Shown here piece by piece: positions 28,480-38,791 of a stretch of DNA of 64,000 nucleotides (positions are counted from its first letter, which is position 1; each line of letters begins with the position of its first letter). Source of the DNA: a virus; the IMG/VR virus record IMGVR_UViG_3300042007_000202, positions 44,672 to 108,671 of that record; one strand, given 5' to 3'. Position numbers and translations under genes: made by a program. The notes below the pieces were generated by a model. The model was given only the letters and a program-made list of their open reading frames with translations, had not been told where the DNA came from and made no database searches.

Positions 28480-28578
28480 GCCCTTATTGTCACCCGTTCG
28501 GTGCAGCGGTATCCAGGGTTTTCGGTGTGAGTGCGCCGCCGTGACGGCGTGTCACGATGTGTGCACTCGCTGAATGTG

Positions 28579-28851
28579 TTATCGGGGCAGCGCCACGGCC
28601 AGGCATGCGACGGCGTGTGTGGTCAGCAGGGCCATGCCGATGGCGACAGTGGGGAGAGCGTAAGTGCAGTGCTGGCGCCACACCCGGCGGGCGCGACGCT
28701 CTGTAGCCGCTACGGCGGACCGGTTGCCCGAAAGGGCGGCGCCGTGCGTCAGGGCGCGCACCCGGCGGGCCCTGACGTCGGCCAGGAAGCTGACGCCGAG
28801 GGTGACGGCGGCCACCACTGTGACGGTCGCCGGGGAGAGGGGCCACATCAT
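28579..28851 (-). CDS. Small membrane protein
   Basis: Hydrophobic segments. Confidence 0.4.
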   Translation of the reverse strand: MMWPLSPATVTVVAAVTLGVSFLADVRARRVRALTHGAALSGNRSAVAATERRARRVWRQHCTYALPTVAIGMALLTTHAVACLAVALPR

Positions 28852-28868
28852 TCTGTACGCCTCCCCTC

Positions 28869-29150
28869 TCACGCCTGCTCGATGCGTTCGTGCGCTCCGC
28901 CCCACCATCCCGGCCGCTGCCGGGCGCGCGCCCGGTGCGCCCAGAAGGCTGCCGCTCCCCCGTTCACGCTGGCGCAGAGCCAGTTCACCCAAGAGGGGAG
29001 GCCGCTGGTGTACCAGGCGGTGACGGCCAGGGCGGAGTACAGCGCGCAGGCGGCGGTGCAGAAGCCGGGGCCGGTGGCTCTCCCGGCGAAGTAACCGAGT
29101 ACGGCCGCCGCAGCCAGGCTTGCGGCGAACAGGGTGGACGGGGTCAGCAA
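28869..29150 (-). CDS. Small membrane protein
   Basis: Three hydrophobic segments. Confidence 0.5.
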   Translation of the reverse strand: MLTPSTLFAASLAAAAVLGYFAGRATGPGFCTAACALYSALAVTAWYTSGLPSWVNWLCASVNGGAAAFWAHRARARQRPGWWGGAHERIEQA

Positions 29151-29437
29151 CGGTCGTTCCTATCTGCGTGGATCAGGGAGGCGAGGTGGGCGTGCCGGGC
29201 CCGGCGGGCCGGGGCGGTGCGGGCGGCCAGGGCGAACAGGCAGGCGACCCCGCCGGGCATGAGCGCCCACCAGGTGCCCGTGCAGGCCACGGCGCCGGTC
29301 ACCGCGAACTGGACCATGGCCGACAGGCGGTAGAAGCCCTCCGCCCCCACGCGGCGCGGCGCCAGCACGGAGACGCACGCCAGGGCGACCTGGAGGGTGG
29401 CGCCCACGGCGATGGCCCAGAGGGCGGAGTCGGGCAT
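29144..29437 (-). CDS. Small membrane protein
   Basis: Hydrophobic; TGATG coupling. Confidence 0.5.
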   Translation of the reverse strand: MPDSALWAIAVGATLQVALACVSVLAPRRVGAEGFYRLSAMVQFAVTGAVACTGTWWALMPGGVACLFALAARTAPARRARHAHLASLIHADRNDRC

Positions 29438-30516
29438 CAGGCGACTTCCACCGTCTGGAGGAACTGCCCCAGGGCGTGGACTTCGCGGCCGGTGTGCTTG
29501 TGGCGGGTGAGCTGCCTGGCCTTGAGGCGCCCGAGCGCCTTGTGCGCGTCGGACTTCACGCAGTAGGCGAAGCCGTCCCCGGGGATGCTCAGGAGCAGGA
29601 AGCGGATGCGGTGGGCGGCCATCTCGGGGTCGGGGTCCAGGGTGGCCTCCCCGATCCGCATGAGCTGACGGTCCATCCAGCCCAGGGTGGGGTCTTCCAG
29701 GGCGTGGGCCTGGGCCTCGGCCTGGCGGTCGGCGTCACCGAGGGCGGCGTACGCTCCGGCCGAGGAGAACCACACCTTGGTCGCGCTGTAGTGGAGGGCG
29801 TGGTGCGGCTCCAGGGCGCCGTGCACGCGGGGGATGTTGGCCTGGGCGGTGGCCAGGTCGGCGCGGGCGGCTTCCTTGTTGCCGAAGACGGCGTGGGCGT
29901 TGGCGCGGTGGGTGTAGGCCATGAGCAGTGCCGGGCCGCCGTGGTGTTCGGCCGCCTTGATGATGTTCTCCGTCCGGCGGAGCACGGTGTTCCACTTGCC
30001 GGAGTACATGGGGACCCAGTTGGCCTGGGCGCTGATGAAGGCGCGCAGGTCGGGGTTGGCGTCCCCGGCGGCGTGGTGGCCGCGCGAGTACAGCTCGGTC
30101 GCGGCGCGCATGTGGCCGAAGTCCACGTAGCACCCGGCGGCGAAGGCGGCGGCTTCGGCGGCGAGGCGGCGGGCCTCGTTGCGCCGGTTGGCCGGGGCCC
30201 CGTCGCGCAGGGCGTTGGCCTGGGCGTAGAGCCACAGACCGGAGTCGCGGACCTCGTGATGGTTGGTCATGCCGGGCTCGGTGACGTAGTGCCGGGCCAG
30301 GTAGTCCAGCTCGTGGCGGGCGCGGGTGAAGCGCTCCTGCCAGGTCCCGGACTGGAGGGTGTGGTCGCCGTCGGGGGTTTCGGCGGCGCTGGCCGCCCAT
30401 TCGGGAAGGCCGGTGGCGGCGAAGCCGAGGGCGGCGGCGATGAGTGCGCGTCGGCGCATGATGACAGGGTCCTTGTCGTCCGGAGGTGCAGAGGCGGATG
30501 AGCGGATGAGGTACAC
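29437..30516 (-). CDS. TPR-like helical protein resembling the C-terminal domain of Streptomyces XRE regulators
   Basis: MRRRALIAA.. then alpha-helical repeats; paralog of 30554-31663. Confidence 0.6.
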   Translation of the reverse strand: MYLIRSSASAPPDDKDPVIMRRRALIAAALGFAATGLPEWAASAAETPDGDHTLQSGTWQERFTRARHELDYLARHYVTEPGMTNHHEVRDSGLWLYAQANALRDGAPANRRNEARRLAAEAAAFAAGCYVDFGHMRAATELYSRGHHAAGDANPDLRAFISAQANWVPMYSGKWNTVLRRTENIIKAAEHHGGPALLMAYTHRANAHAVFGNKEAARADLATAQANIPRVHGALEPHHALHYSATKVWFSSAGAYAALGDADRQAEAQAHALEDPTLGWMDRQLMRIGEATLDPDPEMAAHRIRFLLLSIPGDGFAYCVKSDAHKALGRLKARQLTRHKHTGREVHALGQFLQTVEVA

Positions 30517-30553
30517 GACTTCGCTCCTTGGAAGGCGTGCCGGGTGGCAGGAG

Positions 30554-31663
30554 TCAGTGGCCGGTGATGCGGAGCAGGTGCAGGCGGAGTGCTTGGACGG
30601 TGTCGCTGCGGGGGTCGCGCTGGGCGGCGCGGATCGCGACGGCGCGGGCGCGGCCGACGATGGGCTCGGGGGGGTGGTCGTATCCGCGCAGAATGGTGAG
30701 GGCGTGGTGGGCGGCGGCGGCCGGGTCCCGGGTGACTTCGGCGCGGCCCATGTCGAGCATCGGCCGGTGCATCTGGCTGACGCTGGAGTCGCTCATGGCG
30801 GCTTCGTAGGCCTTGGCGTGACGGCGGCCGTCACCGAGGCTGGCGTAGACCTCGGCGGTGGCGAGGCGGAGCTTGACCCACGCGAAGCGCTGGGGGTGGT
30901 GGGGGGCGGGCAGGCTGGCGCTCCCCGCGTCCCTGTAGTGGCCCATCGAGCCGTAGGCCAGCCGCATGGCCTGCTCGGTGGTGTGGGTGTCCCCCAGGGC
31001 CGCGTAGGAGCGCGCCAGCAGGGCGTAGGCGGCCACGGCCGCGCGCCCGCCGGGCCGGGTGGCCTTGGCCAGGTGGCTGAGGGCGGTGGTGGCGGTGTCG
31101 ATGGAGCGCTCGAACTTCCCCGCGTACAGCGGCATGTAGGCGCGGCCGGTGTAGATGGTCGCCGTCATCTCGTGGTTCCCGGCTTCCTGGGCGGCGCGGA
31201 GGGCCGCGCCGTACATCTTGACCGCTGCGGCGCGCTGGCGGCGGTCGCCGTAGATCATGGCGCACTGGCGGGCGGCCTCGGCTTCCACGGTCAGGGCGCG
31301 GCGGAACTGTTCGGCGTTGCGGGCGGAGCGCTTGGCCGCGACGTGCGCCTGGGCCCACTGCCACAGCGCCACGTCGAGCAGTTCGGCGCGGGCGGGGGCG
31401 GAGGCGGGGCTGACGTAGGCGGCGCCGGTCTTCCAGATGTCGGCGGCGATGTCGTTGATGGCGGTGGGCAGGGTGACGGACCCGTCGAGCCTGTTGGGCG
31501 CGTTGACGGCGGCCTCGGCGAGGTTCGCGGGGAGTAACCCGGCTCCGGTCGCGGAGACGACAGCAGCGATGAAGCGGCGGCGTCGCATCGGCTCCTCCTT
31601 GGCTCTGACTCGGGGCGCCCAGCTCGGGCGCCGGGGCACGGGGGGCGGTGTCGCTGTCGTCAT
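30554..31663 (-). CDS. TPR-like helical protein, paralog of the previous gene
   Basis: MRRRRFIAA..; shared PMY.GK, PHH..F...K and AAH motifs. Confidence 0.6.
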   Translation of the reverse strand: MTTATPPPVPRRPSWAPRVRAKEEPMRRRRFIAAVVSATGAGLLPANLAEAAVNAPNRLDGSVTLPTAINDIAADIWKTGAAYVSPASAPARAELLDVALWQWAQAHVAAKRSARNAEQFRRALTVEAEAARQCAMIYGDRRQRAAAVKMYGAALRAAQEAGNHEMTATIYTGRAYMPLYAGKFERSIDTATTALSHLAKATRPGGRAAVAAYALLARSYAALGDTHTTEQAMRLAYGSMGHYRDAGSASLPAPHHPQRFAWVKLRLATAEVYASLGDGRRHAKAYEAAMSDSSVSQMHRPMLDMGRAEVTRDPAAAAHHALTILRGYDHPPEPIVGRARAVAIRAAQRDPRSDTVQALRLHLLRITGH

Positions 31664-31676
31664 GATGGCTTGGTCC

Positions 31677-32258
31677 TCAGTCGAGGGGGGCCGTGCGGGC
31701 GGCCAGTTGGCGGGAACCGAACGTGGCGCGGGCCGCCCACACGGCGAGCGTCGCGCGGAATGCGGGCAGGAGCAGGGGGGCGTGGTCGGCCTGTTCGCAC
31801 AGGCGCGCCCACTGCCACTCGGCCTCCCGGGTGTTCCTGCTGTGAAGGTGCAGGGCGAAGGTCTGGAGCTGGAGGCGTGCGGCGGCGAAGGCGGCGTGCT
31901 GTTCGGCGGGGGGTGTGGCCAGCCGCCGGTGGGCGGCCGTGCTCTCCAGCAGCGCGGCGGCCTCCAGGTCGCCGTCGGGGACGGCCCAGGACAGGGAGGG
32001 CGCGTCCGTGCTGGGGCGGCCCTGGCAGACGCGGCGGACGAGTTCCGTGCACAGGAAGAACTCGCCCGGCGCGCCGTAGTGCACGGCCGCCCACTCCCCG
32101 TGGCTGACGGCCTCACGGGGGCGGCCGGTGGCCGCGCAGACGAGCAGGCGGCGGGCGTGGTAGCCGATGTCTTCCGCGCCCTCCAGGTCCACGGTGCGGT
32201 GCTTTCCGGTGCAGCCGTCGCCCTCGTGGTGAGCGCTACGGCCGGGCGGTGGAGTCAT
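31677..32258 (-). CDS. Hypothetical protein
   Basis: Downstream of a degenerate promoter cassette (32283-32331). Confidence 0.5.
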   Translation of the reverse strand: MTPPPGRSAHHEGDGCTGKHRTVDLEGAEDIGYHARRLLVCAATGRPREAVSHGEWAAVHYGAPGEFFLCTELVRRVCQGRPSTDAPSLSWAVPDGDLEAAALLESTAAHRRLATPPAEQHAAFAAARLQLQTFALHLHSRNTREAEWQWARLCEQADHAPLLLPAFRATLAVWAARATFGSRQLAARTAPLD

Positions 32259-32359
32259 CGGGGCCTCACTCTCTGTGTCAGTGGTACCCATGATTATCGG
32301 TCGCGCATGCCGTGTGCAAGCTGCATGTCACATTACCGCCCGGCTTTGTGCTCAGCCGG

Positions 32360-33166
32360 TTACGGTTTGCGACGGAGCGCCGACCGGGCCATGTATCCGC
32401 CGCCGTTGTTCCAGCCGGGGCTGATGGACGCGTCGGAGACCACCTCCCGCCCCTGGGCCACCTCCTCGTAGCGGGCGGCCATGGCGTCGTGGTGACGAAC
32501 GCCGTAGGCGGCCGTGCCCAGGATGGCGGCGCCCTTGATCAGCTCCGTGGGGTCCTTGCGGTCGGGCGACTTGAACAGCTCGGCTGCGATGGCGCGCCGG
32601 TCGCGGGAGGTGTGAGCGGCGACCAGGGCGGCATGCAGGTAGGGGAGCCACCGCTTGGTCAGGTTGATACCGGCCTCGGTCTCGGCCAGGCCTTGCTGGA
32701 GCGCCAGGTGGGGGGCGAGGCCCTCCTGCTGGAGCTTCTGCTGCTTGTCGGCGGCCATGCGCAGCCGCTGCTCTTCGGTGGCCTCGATGACGATGAGCGT
32801 TCGCAGGTCCACGGCTCCGACCAGGTCGCGGAAGCGGCTGTCGCGGGTGAGCGGGGCGGTCTCGATCTGCGCGATCCACTCGGACATCACGTCGATCGGG
32901 CCTCGCCAGCCGTAGTCGTTCCACAGCAGCCTGAGGGCGCCGATCACGCGTTCCAGGTCGTCCATGTGCGCCACGGTCGCGATCGCCTGGGCGTATTCGG
33001 CGCTGTCACGCTTGGGCGGCGCGGGGGGCTGCGCGTCGTCCACTGCGGCCAGGGCGAGAGCCAGGAACTCGGCCAGGAAACCGGCCGCGCCCTCCTCCGC
33101 GCCGGTGTCGATGACGGTGGCGACGTTGGGGTCGAACAGGTCGGCCAGGAATTCATCCATGTTCAC
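32360..33166 (-). CDS. Hypothetical helical protein
   Basis: AAGGAG RBS, GTG 33166. Confidence 0.6.
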   Translation of the reverse strand: MNMDEFLADLFDPNVATVIDTGAEEGAAGFLAEFLALALAAVDDAQPPAPPKRDSAEYAQAIATVAHMDDLERVIGALRLLWNDYGWRGPIDVMSEWIAQIETAPLTRDSRFRDLVGAVDLRTLIVIEATEEQRLRMAADKQQKLQQEGLAPHLALQQGLAETEAGINLTKRWLPYLHAALVAAHTSRDRRAIAAELFKSPDRKDPTELIKGAAILGTAAYGVRHHDAMAARYEEVAQGREVVSDASISPGWNNGGGYMARSALRRKP

Positions 33167-33231
33167 GGGGCTCCTTGATGTGCGGACGCCCGCCAGCCGG
33201 GCGGCTGGCGGGCGGGTGGGGCAGTGTGTGG

Positions 33232-34092
33232 TCAGTCGCGTGCGGGAGCGGCCTTGGTGTCGCCCTCGGCGCACATGGCGTTCGCGGTCTCGGCGTGCCA
33301 CCAGAACGTTCCGTAGCGGCCGTCGGTATGCAGGATGCGCCCGGCGCAGTGCGCGCACCGGACGAGCGGCTGCGACTCGATGCAGGCCTTGGTTCCGGCG
33401 TCCAGGATCGTGTGCAGCACGGCCACGCTGAGGTCGCCGCTCGCGTGGATGTGCACGGATGCCTCGCGCTGGGAGGGCGGCAGTGCGGCCGTCTTGTCTC
33501 CCGGCGGGTTGTCCAGGTACGCCGTGAAGCTGGCTTCGCCGCCCTTGCGGCCGTTGCCGAGCAGGGCCGCCTTGCGCAGGGCCCGGCGCAGCCCCGGGAA
33601 GCGGCGGGCTATCTCGTCGCGCTCCGCCTTCTTGGCGGCGGCGCGGGCCTCCCGATCGGCGTTCTGCGTCGCCGTCTTCTCGCTGGCGAGCGCTTGCAGG
33701 TAGTCGCGGGCCTGCTGGGGGTCGACCAGGTATGTGGTGCGGCCGGGGCCCCACGGGCTGGGGGCCGGTAGGCCGTTGTCCTTGGTGAGGATGATGCGTC
33801 GTTCGGGGCCGCCCTCCACCGTCTCGGCGGAGATGTAGTGGGGGCCGACTGCGGCGGCCTGCGCTCCGGGCAGTTCGACGGTCCAGTGGCGAGACGGTGT
33901 CAGTTCGAGGAGCGCGCCGGAGGCGCAGGCGGCGCGGAGCCACTTTCGGGCGGTGCCCGTGGTGACGTGGGTGCGCTCCGCGACCTTCTCTGCGACCTCC
34001 GCCATGGAGAGCAGGCCGGGCGTGGCGGCGTGAATCGCCTCCAGGGCGATCGTGGCCGCTTGGTCGGCCTTCGTCGGTGGGGTGGTGGGCAT
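33232..34092 (-). CDS. Hypothetical protein with a possible N-terminal wHTH
   Basis: First gene behind the cassette at 34186-34234. Confidence 0.55.
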   Translation of the reverse strand: MPTTPPTKADQAATIALEAIHAATPGLLSMAEVAEKVAERTHVTTGTARKWLRAACASGALLELTPSRHWTVELPGAQAAAVGPHYISAETVEGGPERRIILTKDNGLPAPSPWGPGRTTYLVDPQQARDYLQALASEKTATQNADREARAAAKKAERDEIARRFPGLRRALRKAALLGNGRKGGEASFTAYLDNPPGDKTAALPPSQREASVHIHASGDLSVAVLHTILDAGTKACIESQPLVRCAHCAGRILHTDGRYGTFWWHAETANAMCAEGDTKAAPARD

Positions 34093-34185
34093 CGCGTTCT
34101 CCCGTCCGTGTGGCGGCGGGTGTCCACCGGCGTCCCGGCCGGGCGGACCCGGCCGGGACGCTGTCCTTCCCGCCCCTCAATGCGT

Positions 34186-34234
34186 GAGACACGAGATTAG
34201 CATTGGGTGGACGCGTATGCAAACCTAATGTCTC
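34186..34234 (-). promoter_or_regulatory. Promoter/operator cassette
   Basis: Reverse complement reads GAGACATtaggtTTGCAT-17-TAATCTcGTGTCTC. Confidence 0.75.
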
Positions 34235-34244
34235 ATTAGGGTGT

Positions 34245-35033
34245 TCAGCGGCGTTTCTTCCCGCAGTCGGGGCAGCACCCGCGCTTCTTGCTCCGTCTCT
34301 TCTCCGAGCGGCCCGCACTCTTCCAGCCGTCTACCAGCTCCGGCTGCATCCGGCGGAGGTCACCCACGCCCGCGCGGACAGTCCAGGCCAGCGATCCGCT
34401 CAGATCCGGCGGGGGGTTCACCATGTCCTCCACCCACTCGTTGCCCATAGGCATGGCCCTGGTCCGCCAGTAGAGGTGAGTCGCTGACGCGCCCAGGCAG
34501 GCCGCCCACACGCGCCGGTCCTTGTAGTGGGCGTTCAGCCAGCGAGTGAAGACCGCCCGCCCCTTGTCCATGTCCGCGAGGGACACCGCCGGGCGCAGCA
34601 CCGTGGCGGCCTCGTCCCAGTACGGGGCCAGGGACCGCAGCAAGTCCCGCAGCTCCTCCCCCTCGCGGATGGACTCCGCCAGGGCTTCATGCCGGGGCAG
34701 CCCCGGGTGCGCCTTCGGGGCCAGCTCGTGTGCCTGCCTCAGGATGAAGTCGTCATCCAGAAGGCTCACGACGTCGTCCAGGCGCACATTGCCGAAGGCG
34801 TCGACACACCGGTCCGGGACGTTGATCGACAGAGCGCCGATCAGCTCCACCATCACCTCCACCGCGCACCGCCAGCCGCGCCACTGGAACACCGGCTCGA
34901 TGGCGGCGTCGAACTCGTCCTTGGTGTGCGTCGCGCAGACGTTGAGGATGATCCGGCGGTAGGCGGCGCTGCCCAAGGGCGGCGGCTCGTCCGCGATGAA
35001 CTCCCCTTCCTGTTCGGCCTCAAAGATCGGCAT
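34245..35033 (-). CDS. Hypothetical protein
   Basis: ORF composition; coupling. Confidence 0.55.
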   Translation of the reverse strand: MPIFEAEQEGEFIADEPPPLGSAAYRRIILNVCATHTKDEFDAAIEPVFQWRGWRCAVEVMVELIGALSINVPDRCVDAFGNVRLDDVVSLLDDDFILRQAHELAPKAHPGLPRHEALAESIREGEELRDLLRSLAPYWDEAATVLRPAVSLADMDKGRAVFTRWLNAHYKDRRVWAACLGASATHLYWRTRAMPMGNEWVEDMVNPPPDLSGSLAWTVRAGVGDLRRMQPELVDGWKSAGRSEKRRSKKRGCCPDCGKKRR

Positions 35034-35643
35034 CCCTGGTCTCCCCCTTTTCGTCGTCCACGTCGGGCACATCCGCGTGGATATGCGCCATGAACAGTTC
35101 GTGCTCCATCTCCGCCTCCGTGACCTGGCTGTAGCGCAGCCGGACAGCGGCTTCCGCCATCAGGATCAGGAGCGTCAGTTTCAACCTGCGCGGCTCCTCT
35201 CTGGCGTAGTCGGAGATCACGCGGACCAGTTCGGCAAGATCGCCCTTGCTGGCGGCCTGGGCTACCGCGTTGCAGGCGGCGCCCAGTTGATCCCCCTCGG
35301 CCACGAGCCGCGCCACCGTCTCCGGGCTGGGCTCCTCCCCCTCCACGCGCCGGATCAGCTGCGTCATCTGCTCGTAGCCGAGCGAGTCGGGGCGCCCCGG
35401 GGGAGAGGGCAGGAGCGCCCTGGCGGACCCCCACACGTACGCCATCCGCGCCAGGCCCGCGCTGCCCCAGATGGCTCCCATGTCGGCCATGTAGCCACGG
35501 GCGGCGTCGTGCCAGCCGGTGGCGTAGGCGGTCGACGCCAGGAGGGCGGCATGAGTGGCCTCGTTGATCATCCGGTCGAAGGTCTCTTCGGTGAGATCGA
35601 TCCGGCGCTTCATGTCGCCCTCGCAGCGGTCACACATGATCAT
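35020..35643 (-). CDS. Hypothetical protein
   Basis: ATGA coupling. Confidence 0.55.
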   Translation of the reverse strand: MIMCDRCEGDMKRRIDLTEETFDRMINEATHAALLASTAYATGWHDAARGYMADMGAIWGSAGLARMAYVWGSARALLPSPPGRPDSLGYEQMTQLIRRVEGEEPSPETVARLVAEGDQLGAACNAVAQAASKGDLAELVRVISDYAREEPRRLKLTLLILMAEAAVRLRYSQVTEAEMEHELFMAHIHADVPDVDDEKGETRDADL

Positions 35644-36173
35644 TCCTCTTCTAGTTCGATTCCCCTCGCCTCCAGGTGGGCGCGCAGCGCCGTTTCCACC
35701 TCGTCGTAACGGCGAGTGCCGTCGCGTTCCACCAGGGCCGCCAGGCCGTCGATGAGGAAGGAGGGGACCTGAACGGTGAGCTTGTCTCGGGGGATGCGCT
35801 TGGTCCGCTCCCGGGGCAGTACGGCCGGTGCGCCGCGCTGAGCCAGGGCGCCGGTGGTGCGGCCGGTGCGCGCGGGCAGCCGCTTGGGCTCGGCCGTTTC
35901 CGGCTCCAGCTCCATCACGCTGAAACCGCCCTGTAGGCCGGTCTCCTCGGACACCCGCGCGACGGCGGCGTCCGCGTCCGGCGCGTAGACGCGGGCCAGC
36001 TCCCGGCTGGAGCGGTTGTCGGTGGCCGCCCACAGCCGGTCCGGCGCCGTCGCCCGCTTGCCCTTGCGTCGTGCCTGGTGGGCGGCGAAGTCCGGGTCCT
36101 CCTCGGCGGTCGGCGCTGGGGAGGCGAGCAGGGAGCCGAGTCCTGCGGCGCGGGAGTTCCTGTTGCTGCTCAT
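35640..36173 (-). CDS. Ribbon-helix-helix partition partner (ParG-like)
   Basis: Directly after ParA; C-terminal RDKLTVQVPSFLIDGLAALVERDGTRRYDEVETAL RHH pattern. Confidence 0.6.
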   Translation of the reverse strand: MSSNRNSRAAGLGSLLASPAPTAEEDPDFAAHQARRKGKRATAPDRLWAATDNRSSRELARVYAPDADAAVARVSEETGLQGGFSVMELEPETAEPKRLPARTGRTTGALAQRGAPAVLPRERTKRIPRDKLTVQVPSFLIDGLAALVERDGTRRYDEVETALRAHLEARGIELEEE

Positions 36174-36187
36174 GCGGTGATGTCCTC

Positions 36188-36892
36188 TCAGGGGTTGTCC
36201 AGCTCGTGCTGGACGGCGGGGTAGTCGTGGAACCCCTTCACCGACTCCGTGTAGGCGTACTGGTAGGCGGTGCGGTGCTTCACGACGTTGGACAGCACAG
36301 GGATTCCGGCCTTGCGCATCTCGCTCTTGGCGTCTTCGGCCATGCGCTGGGACTTGACGCCCGTGAGCAGGATGCTGGCGGGGATCTCCCGTGCTTCTTC
36401 TTCCTTGCCGATCGCGGTCCGCGCGGAATCGACAAGGGTGTCCAGGTCGACGGGGCTGGGGCTGGCGGTGAGCAGCATGTAGTCCGCGATGCGGTACGCG
36501 GCCTGCAAGATGCGGTCGTTGTCGCCGCCCGTGTCGATGATGATCAGGTCGTACATCTCGTGCCAGCCGTCGTCGAGGATGCGTTCCTTCAGGTCGTCGG
36601 AGGGGTGTGTCTCGACCTTGAAGGGCAGGGGCGCGCGGCGCTCCCTGGCGCGGCGGTTCCACTTCCGGCTGGTGCCGGACTTGGGGTCGGCGTCGACCAC
36701 GAGCACGCGAAGGCCCACCGCCGTGTAGACGTGAGCCAGGTAGATCGCCGTGGTGGACTTGCCGATGCCGCCCTTGATGCCGCCGATGACCAGGATCGCC
36801 GCGCGGGCGAGCTGGTCCAGCGGGAGGCCGAGGAGGCGGGTGGTTCTTGCCGTCTTGGTGGTGCGGCGGGATGCGAACACGGATTCAGACAC
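36188..36892 (-). CDS. parA: ParA-family partition ATPase
   Basis: Deviant Walker A KGGIGKST, VDADP, IIIDTG. Confidence 0.9.
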   Translation of the reverse strand: MSESVFASRRTTKTARTTRLLGLPLDQLARAAILVIGGIKGGIGKSTTAIYLAHVYTAVGLRVLVVDADPKSGTSRKWNRRARERRAPLPFKVETHPSDDLKERILDDGWHEMYDLIIIDTGGDNDRILQAAYRIADYMLLTASPSPVDLDTLVDSARTAIGKEEEAREIPASILLTGVKSQRMAEDAKSEMRKAGIPVLSNVVKHRTAYQYAYTESVKGFHDYPAVQHELDNP

Positions 36893-36967
36893 GGTTGGGT
36901 TTTCTCTCTGTGGGGGCCGCCCGCCCGGCCGGGCGGGCGGCCTCGTAAGGGCAGTGTGGCAGGTGGT

Positions 36968-38311
36968 CTAGTCGATCGGGGGGAAGGTGTGCACGCCGTC
37001 CTTGGGGGCGAGGGGGTTGGGGATGATGAACTTCTCGGGGTCGTAGCTGACGCTCCGGACTTCCTTCCCGAGGCAGGTGTTGTTCCACGCCTGCATGATC
37101 AAGTACATGTCCAGGTCGCGCTTGGAGCGGCCCTTGAGCGGCTGTCGGCGCCGGGTGGAGGAGCCCAGGTAGTACAGGCCCAGGGTGTGTCCGGGCTCGC
37201 CGCGCTTGAGGTCCATGGTCTGGACGCGCTTGTACCAGGACGTCACCAGGCGGTGGTCGCCGCCCATCTTCCGGGTGATCAGGTAGTGGGCCAGCATGGT
37301 GGCCTGGGTGCTGATGGACAGCTTGCCGAGGACGCCGTGCTTCACGGAGACCCGCAGGTTGGGGTGGGCTTCCAGGGTGGCGAACACCTGGGCTTCGGTG
37401 ACCTTGGGCGCGTGGCGCCACTGGTCCTGGTCGTCGTAGTTGAACCAGAGGAACGCGAAGGTGGCGAGGGATGCGAGGCGGCTCGTGTTGACTTCCTGCG
37501 CGCCGTAGAGCATGTCGGCCGTGGTGCGCTTCTTGCCCCGGTCCATGACGTCGTAGGTGTCGGGCGGGGTGTCGTAGGAGACCCAGCAGGGGAACGGGAC
37601 CTCGGACTCCACGCACGCGTGAAGGCGGTGCTGCCCGTTGGCCGTCATGTTGTTGGTGTCGATGCACACCGGGTCGGCCGGGTTCAGCTTCCACTCCCCG
37701 CGCCGCATCGCCTCCGCGTAGTCGCGGACCTTCTTGTCGTCCAGCCGCCGCTGGTAGGGGGCCAGCCGCGTGAGCAGCTCCAGGGCGCGTTCGGGGTGGA
37801 TCAGCTCGGCCTGCATACGGCCCGCGTTCTCCAGGAGCTGCACGGGCGCGTCATCCAGGAGGGAGGGCCCGGCGGGCTGGGCGGCGGGGGCTTGCACCCT
37901 GGCGGAGCCGTTGACGGAGCCGCCCTTGCCGTGGCGCTTGCGCTGGTGCTGGCGCCTGTCGGGGCTGGGGTCCTCGGGGGTGTCGGTGTTGATGCCCCAG
38001 TACGCCAGGAGGAACCGGTGCTGCTGCTCGGCGGGGTCCGTCTCCTCGATGCGGCACTGGCGGCCGATCTTCTCCAGCTCCTCGTAGAGGGCCTGCGTCC
38101 AGCCGAGCTTGTTCTTGGCGCGGGTCAGGTCGTTCTGGTACTGGCGTTCCGCGGAGTTCGCGCTGACGGTGATCGTCGCTTCGGGCACGCCGTATTCCGG
38201 GACGGCCAGGCGGATCAGCTTGTACCGGCCGCGCTCCTGCGGCTCCATGGCGTAGCCCGGCGTCTGGCCGACGAAGCGGATGAATGCCAGTGCGTGTGCG
38301 TTCTTGCTCAT
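36968..38311 (-). CDS. Protein with a ParB/Srx-like domain
   Basis: IHPERALELL...QRRL...V..YA..M..G.W...NGQHRL.A. Confidence 0.65.
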   Translation of the reverse strand: MSKNAHALAFIRFVGQTPGYAMEPQERGRYKLIRLAVPEYGVPEATITVSANSAERQYQNDLTRAKNKLGWTQALYEELEKIGRQCRIEETDPAEQQHRFLLAYWGINTDTPEDPSPDRRQHQRKRHGKGGSVNGSARVQAPAAQPAGPSLLDDAPVQLLENAGRMQAELIHPERALELLTRLAPYQRRLDDKKVRDYAEAMRRGEWKLNPADPVCIDTNNMTANGQHRLHACVESEVPFPCWVSYDTPPDTYDVMDRGKKRTTADMLYGAQEVNTSRLASLATFAFLWFNYDDQDQWRHAPKVTEAQVFATLEAHPNLRVSVKHGVLGKLSISTQATMLAHYLITRKMGGDHRLVTSWYKRVQTMDLKRGEPGHTLGLYYLGSSTRRRQPLKGRSKRDLDMYLIMQAWNNTCLGKEVRSVSYDPEKFIIPNPLAPKDGVHTFPPID

Positions 38312-38790
38312 ACGTGTGCCCCCTGGGCGGGCAGTAGGTGCTCGCCGTCTTCTGTGATGCGGGTGAGGTGCGGTACGCGGGCGGGCGGGCGGCCGGTCAG
38401 GGCCTTGACGCTTGCGGTGTAGGTGCTGATGGCGGCGTCAAGGGATCGGTGGGCCAGCAGCTCGACGAAGCCGCGAGAGGCGGTGAGGGTGGTGAGGGTG
38501 GTGCGGGCGAGAGCGACGCGGGGGTGGCCGTGGGCGTCGCAGTGCCACAGCTCGTGCGTCAGCCCGGCGGGCGGCGCGCTGTCGGCCCAGCCGTGCCCGC
38601 CCCACAGCAGCGTGCGCCGCTCCGCGTGGAACAGGAGGGCGTCCAGGGCGTGGGCGGGGTGCGCGGGATAGGCGGCCACCAGCCAGTAGTCGATGCCGTC
38701 GCGCCGGTGGACGGAGGGGCGCCCGCGCGTGGCGTGCGTCCCTCCGTCCGGCGGCGCGGGCCGTGCGGCGTAGATGTGCAGGTCGCTCAT
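38308..38790 (-). CDS. Hypothetical protein
   Basis: ATGA coupling. Confidence 0.5.
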   Translation of the reverse strand: MSDLHIYAARPAPPDGGTHATRGRPSVHRRDGIDYWLVAAYPAHPAHALDALLFHAERRTLLWGGHGWADSAPPAGLTHELWHCDAHGHPRVALARTTLTTLTASRGFVELLAHRSLDAAISTYTASVKALTGRPPARVPHLTRITEDGEHLLPAQGAHV

Positions 38791-38791
38791 C

